The notes under the pieces: generated by a model | Database searches by the model: none | What the model was told of the DNA's origin: nothing | The model's input: only the letters and a program-made list of their open reading frames with translations | Part shown: piece after piece, positions 61,609 to 64,000 of the stretch | Position numbering within the stretch: position 1 is the first letter of the stretch | How the letters are laid out: the number at the start of each line of letters is the position of its first letter | Translations under genes and position numbers: made by a program | Origin: the human T2T-CHM13v2.0 reference genome, Homo sapiens | Direction: 5' to 3' (one strand) | Length of the DNA: 64,000 nt | Assembly: GCF_009914755.1 (NCBI RefSeq) | Contig: NC_060937.1

Positions 61609-64000
61609 AAAGAATTGGATGGTTGGAAAGTGAGTTAGCAAGTGTGCTTACATCTAATAATGACATCCCATTTTGCCTCTCCTTGGGTGCTGGCATTTTG
61701 TTGGGTCCTGGGTCTTTGCTGATCTCTGAGATGCGTGACTTTCAAGTCAATGCACACTATCAAACCACAGATTCCCAGTGCTCAAATATGTGGGGGACCA
61801 GACAAAAAACAGCCTTTCAGCTGCTGAGTGTTTGTTAGTAAGAGGACAGGCTGTGCTCTAGCTAATTGAACTTCCATCTCTTTGAATCAGTCCCGGCTCT
61901 TGCTAGGACATCATGCAGCTTCATCATTTCATTTCTCCTAGTCATTCATCTAAGGCTGTATTATTGCAGTCTATACTATCCAGAAATTTGATTTTCCATG
62001 TGAATTGGCTGTAGATGGAAGTGGGTGATGAAACTGTGCTTTCAGTATGGGTCAGGTTCCAATGGTATATATTCTCCTGTCTCCTTCACCTATGTATCTT
62101 ATTTAAGTTTAATAGTTTCACAGATATTCAAGCCCCAGGAATCCAAATTCCTTCCTCCACCAACTGTTTTGAAAAACTCTTCCAGGACTTTATGAAGATT
62201 AATCAGACACAAGGGGGCTTGCCAATAGAAGTCGCAGCAGATTTCTTTTATGGTTTCAACATCTTGTTTGCCTGGAACTTAAACATTAACTGATACAATC
62301 ATTTTGGATACAACTAAAGGGCTTATCCAACAGTAAGACAACTGTTTCACCAGGTGCCATTATATTATGGTTCCCAGTAGGCTGTGGTTTGACAAATTGA
62401 TGTTACCTGGACTGAGGCATGGGCCACCTTTCTAAGTCTACATCTAACTGTTGATTATTGAGGAGTGAAAAGATGCTTGTTATTGCCAATTAGACAGCTA
62501 AGTTTTGTTGACAAGATGCTCAAAACTTTTCTTTATCTGACTTTTTTTGGGCAAAAATGGAAGAGATAGGATCCTGAATTTGTTTCCTGGCTAATGGAAG
62601 GAGTAGGCAAATTGACCTCACTGTCAAACAGAGTTTCCTTTGGAGAACTATAGTAATTAGAGTAGAAATTACAGGCATACTCCTTGGGATATTATCTTCA
62701 GAGACTAAGATATTCAGTAGGAACCAAGATTTCATAGTGATGTTATTGCTGAGACAGCCTCGTGCAAATATAAAGCCCTAGAAATGACTTCTCTTATCAA
62801 TCTGAGATGAACCAATTTTTGCAAGCATGGATAACCTGGAAGAATCGGAGACTGATGCATTGGTTTTTCAGCCAGAGCAAAACATACGTGTATTTCTGGC
62901 AGTTTAGTGAAGAATATTTATAAGGAAAAATGTGAAAGCTACATGGAAGATGAAAGGATAGTCTGATGCCATGTAAAAAATTTAGGATATGAGATTATAA
63001 TCTTTTACTTCTTTAGGAAAATATGTAAAATGAAAAAAAAAGCTTAACATCTCTTCAGGTTAATCCCAGTCCTGGAGTCCGTGACAATAACTAATGCTTC
63101 ATTTGGTTTTGCTTTTAATTTTAGCTCCCTCAACCTGGCCCTACCCCTGTTGGCCCCACTCTCAGCAGACAATCTTGCCTCCCAATTAATCAAGAAAATC
63201 GAGGCCATTGGGTACACAATCTTTCTTGAATCCTGCCCCTCGACCCATAAACTATTTTCATTCATGCCTGCACTCAGTTTCTCTCACCCTGTCTCAGAGG
63301 CTGAGGTGTTCCCTTTTCCTGCCTAACGCCAAACCCTTTACCTGTCCCTTGAGCCAGTTACCTTTGGCCTCTTTCAGGGCCTTGTTCTGTCTTTACATAC
63401 CCTTCCTAGGATTCAAAACTTTATGCAGAAATTTCTATGCTAAACTCAAGATCCTGAAAAACATTTTTTCCTTTCATTGTAGTTAGCATTTTCCCAACTA
63501 ATATTCTATAATAGATTGATATTTAAATTTCTTTTCTTGGGGCCAAATATACATTGAGAAGGGATAAAATGAATGCAAATGTCCACATCACATTGACAAC
63601 TTCTTTTTGAAACATTTTTATAAAATGTAAAAACTTGGTACCTATGGAAAAGCAATTAGAAACAATCTTTTCTACATTTGCAAAGCATAATTCAAATCTC
63701 CTATTAATTCAGGAGGCAGTTTTATCTTATTTAAACACCTGGTTTTTATAACAGGACACATATACTCTTATATGCCGGTATTTTGATAATTCACACTAAT
63801 TACATTGGACTAATTTTGGTTTGAAGCATTTTTAATGTGCACATTTCCTCTTTTCTGACAAAATGTGGTTATTAATAAAATATAACATTTAATTTTTAAA
63901 AAATATGTAGGAAAGAAGCTTGTCATTTTCTCTTGTGTCATGGTAAGTTGCTACCAAATAAGCTTTATATTGTTTGTGACCAAAAGATTTTCTTCTCCCT

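Overview
Primate (hominoid, very likely human) repeat-rich, apparently intergenic or intronic DNA. I could not identify any intact cellular protein-coding exon, and there is no prokaryotic or CRISPR-type system. Main contents: a full-length decayed L1PA3-type LINE-1 (-, 7452-13619) inserted into a hAT/Charlie fossil; an Alu-L1 fusion flanked by a single target-site duplication (TSD); old L1M blocks with nested MST/MLT LTRs, Tigger4b and Alus; a solo ERV1 LTR; an internally deleted LTR30/HERV30-like provirus (-, 27859-30392) with a tRNA-Arg PBS, a long pre-gag reading frame and an open matrix-only Gag ORF; a full-length TARDBP (TDP-43) processed pseudogene (36381-39500); an ERV 3' end ending in a poly(A)-like tail; a 5'-truncated L1PA3 (+); and very old hAT transposase and putative retroviral/Gypsy pol fossils. 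The most interesting items are the mini-provirus ORF set, the unusual retrotransposition junctions, and the conserved regulatory and low-complexity parts of the TARDBP copy. Subfamily names are recalled from consensus sequences and need Dfam/RepeatMasker confirmation.
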